A stretch of DNA of 32,000 nt from the NCBI RefSeq assembly GCF_000027325.1, contig NC_000908.2, positions 180,001-212,000 of the forward strand. The letters run 5' to 3'. Below the pieces are notes generated by a model. It was not told the DNA's origin, made no database searches, and saw only the letters and a program-made list of their open reading frames with translations. Shown here piece by piece: positions 31,444 to 32,000 of the stretch. The stretch is from Mycoplasmoides genitalium G37 (GTDB taxonomy: Bacteria; Bacillota_I; Bacilli_A; Mycoplasmatales; Mycoplasmoidaceae). Every line of letters starts with the position of its first letter. The stretch's first letter is position 1. Position numbers and translations under genes: made by a program.

Positions 31444-32000
31444 ATGAAATTCAAACTATTTTTTTTATCAAGCAGTGTGTTGGGTCCAATTGCCCTATTT
31501 ACAACTGCTTGTAGTGCTGTTTATAGGTTTGATCAAGTTGATGATGGCAAGATTAAACTAGCAACTGTAACTTCAGCTTCCGCTAGTGGCTCGCTTACTA
31601 CTATCATCAGTAAATATAATTCACAAAAAGATCCTAATGATTATCCAGTGGAACTGGTTTCACTTGATAGTAGGGGCAGTTATTCTAATGGCAAAAAGGA
31701 TCTGCAAGCTAAACTGCTAGCTAAGGATAAAAATAACTTTTATAACCTTACTTTTAACTATAGTGATGTAGTTTCAATCCTCTCAAGAAGCCAGATGGAG
31801 TTGAGCTTTGATACGGTTGATACTAGTAATTTTGATCCTAGTTTTCTTAGTTTTAACAATAATATTTCCAATGTTAATCCAAATAGCATCTATGCTTTAC
31901 CTGCTACTGTATCAGGTGAAGTTTTAGTTTTAAATGGACCGGTGTTACATTACATTTTAAGTAGTGCTAAAAAAGATAGTAACACCACCCTTTCAACCCA
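31444..32000 (+). CDS. Lipoprotein, N-terminal part (3' end outside window); possibly a solute-binding lipoprotein
   Basis: Not in the ORF track because no stop lies inside the window. ATG 31444 gives [22 protein letters not shown]|[31 protein letters not shown]..., which has a signal peptide and lipobox Cys. The frame stays open to the window edge. Confidence 0.75.

Noticed and set aside
30391-32000. A restriction-modification or other defence system around the methyltransferase
   Set aside because: The flanking genes are pepF and a lipoprotein. No endonuclease, specificity subunit, ATPase or helicase gene is present on either strand.

Overview
This is an AT-rich Mollicutes chromosome segment that reads correctly only under translation table 4 (TGA = Trp). 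By my count about 39 in-frame TGA codons split real genes in the supplied standard-code ORF track. After merging the fragments, the window holds 47 protein-coding genes, all on the + strand, with almost no intergenic space. Gene content and order match my recollection of Mycoplasma (Mycoplasmoides) genitalium MG141-MG185; I cannot verify that here. The order is: nusA (3' part), ylxR, infB, rbfA, a membrane protein, ribF, a CNNM/CorC-type CBS membrane protein, a polytopic membrane protein, a DUF2130-like protein, a His-rich lipoprotein and a small membrane protein. Next comes the fused S10-spc-alpha ribosomal super-operon (rpsJ to rplQ, including secY, adk, map, infA, rpmJ and rpoA). It is followed by ecfA1-ecfA2-ecfT-truA-pepF, an orphan EcoRI-family N6-adenine methyltransferase, and the 5' part of a lipoprotein gene that the ORF track misses. 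I found no rRNA, tRNA, CRISPR array, transposase, integrase, phage gene or recognisable defence or toxin module. I see no convincing evidence of a new multi-gene system; this is core housekeeping DNA. The items worth a second look are modest. They are a DUF2130-like coiled-coil protein with a D...ExK motif, and a His-rich lipoprotein with a dyad-symmetric site on its promoter. They also include an intrinsic terminator that relocates a start codon, and an L29 with a 135-aa tandem-repeat tail. Others are an EcfT with a large insertion, a possible orphan ECF S-component, a GTGA start/stop relic at the ecfA1/ecfA2 junction, and an orphan methyltransferase.
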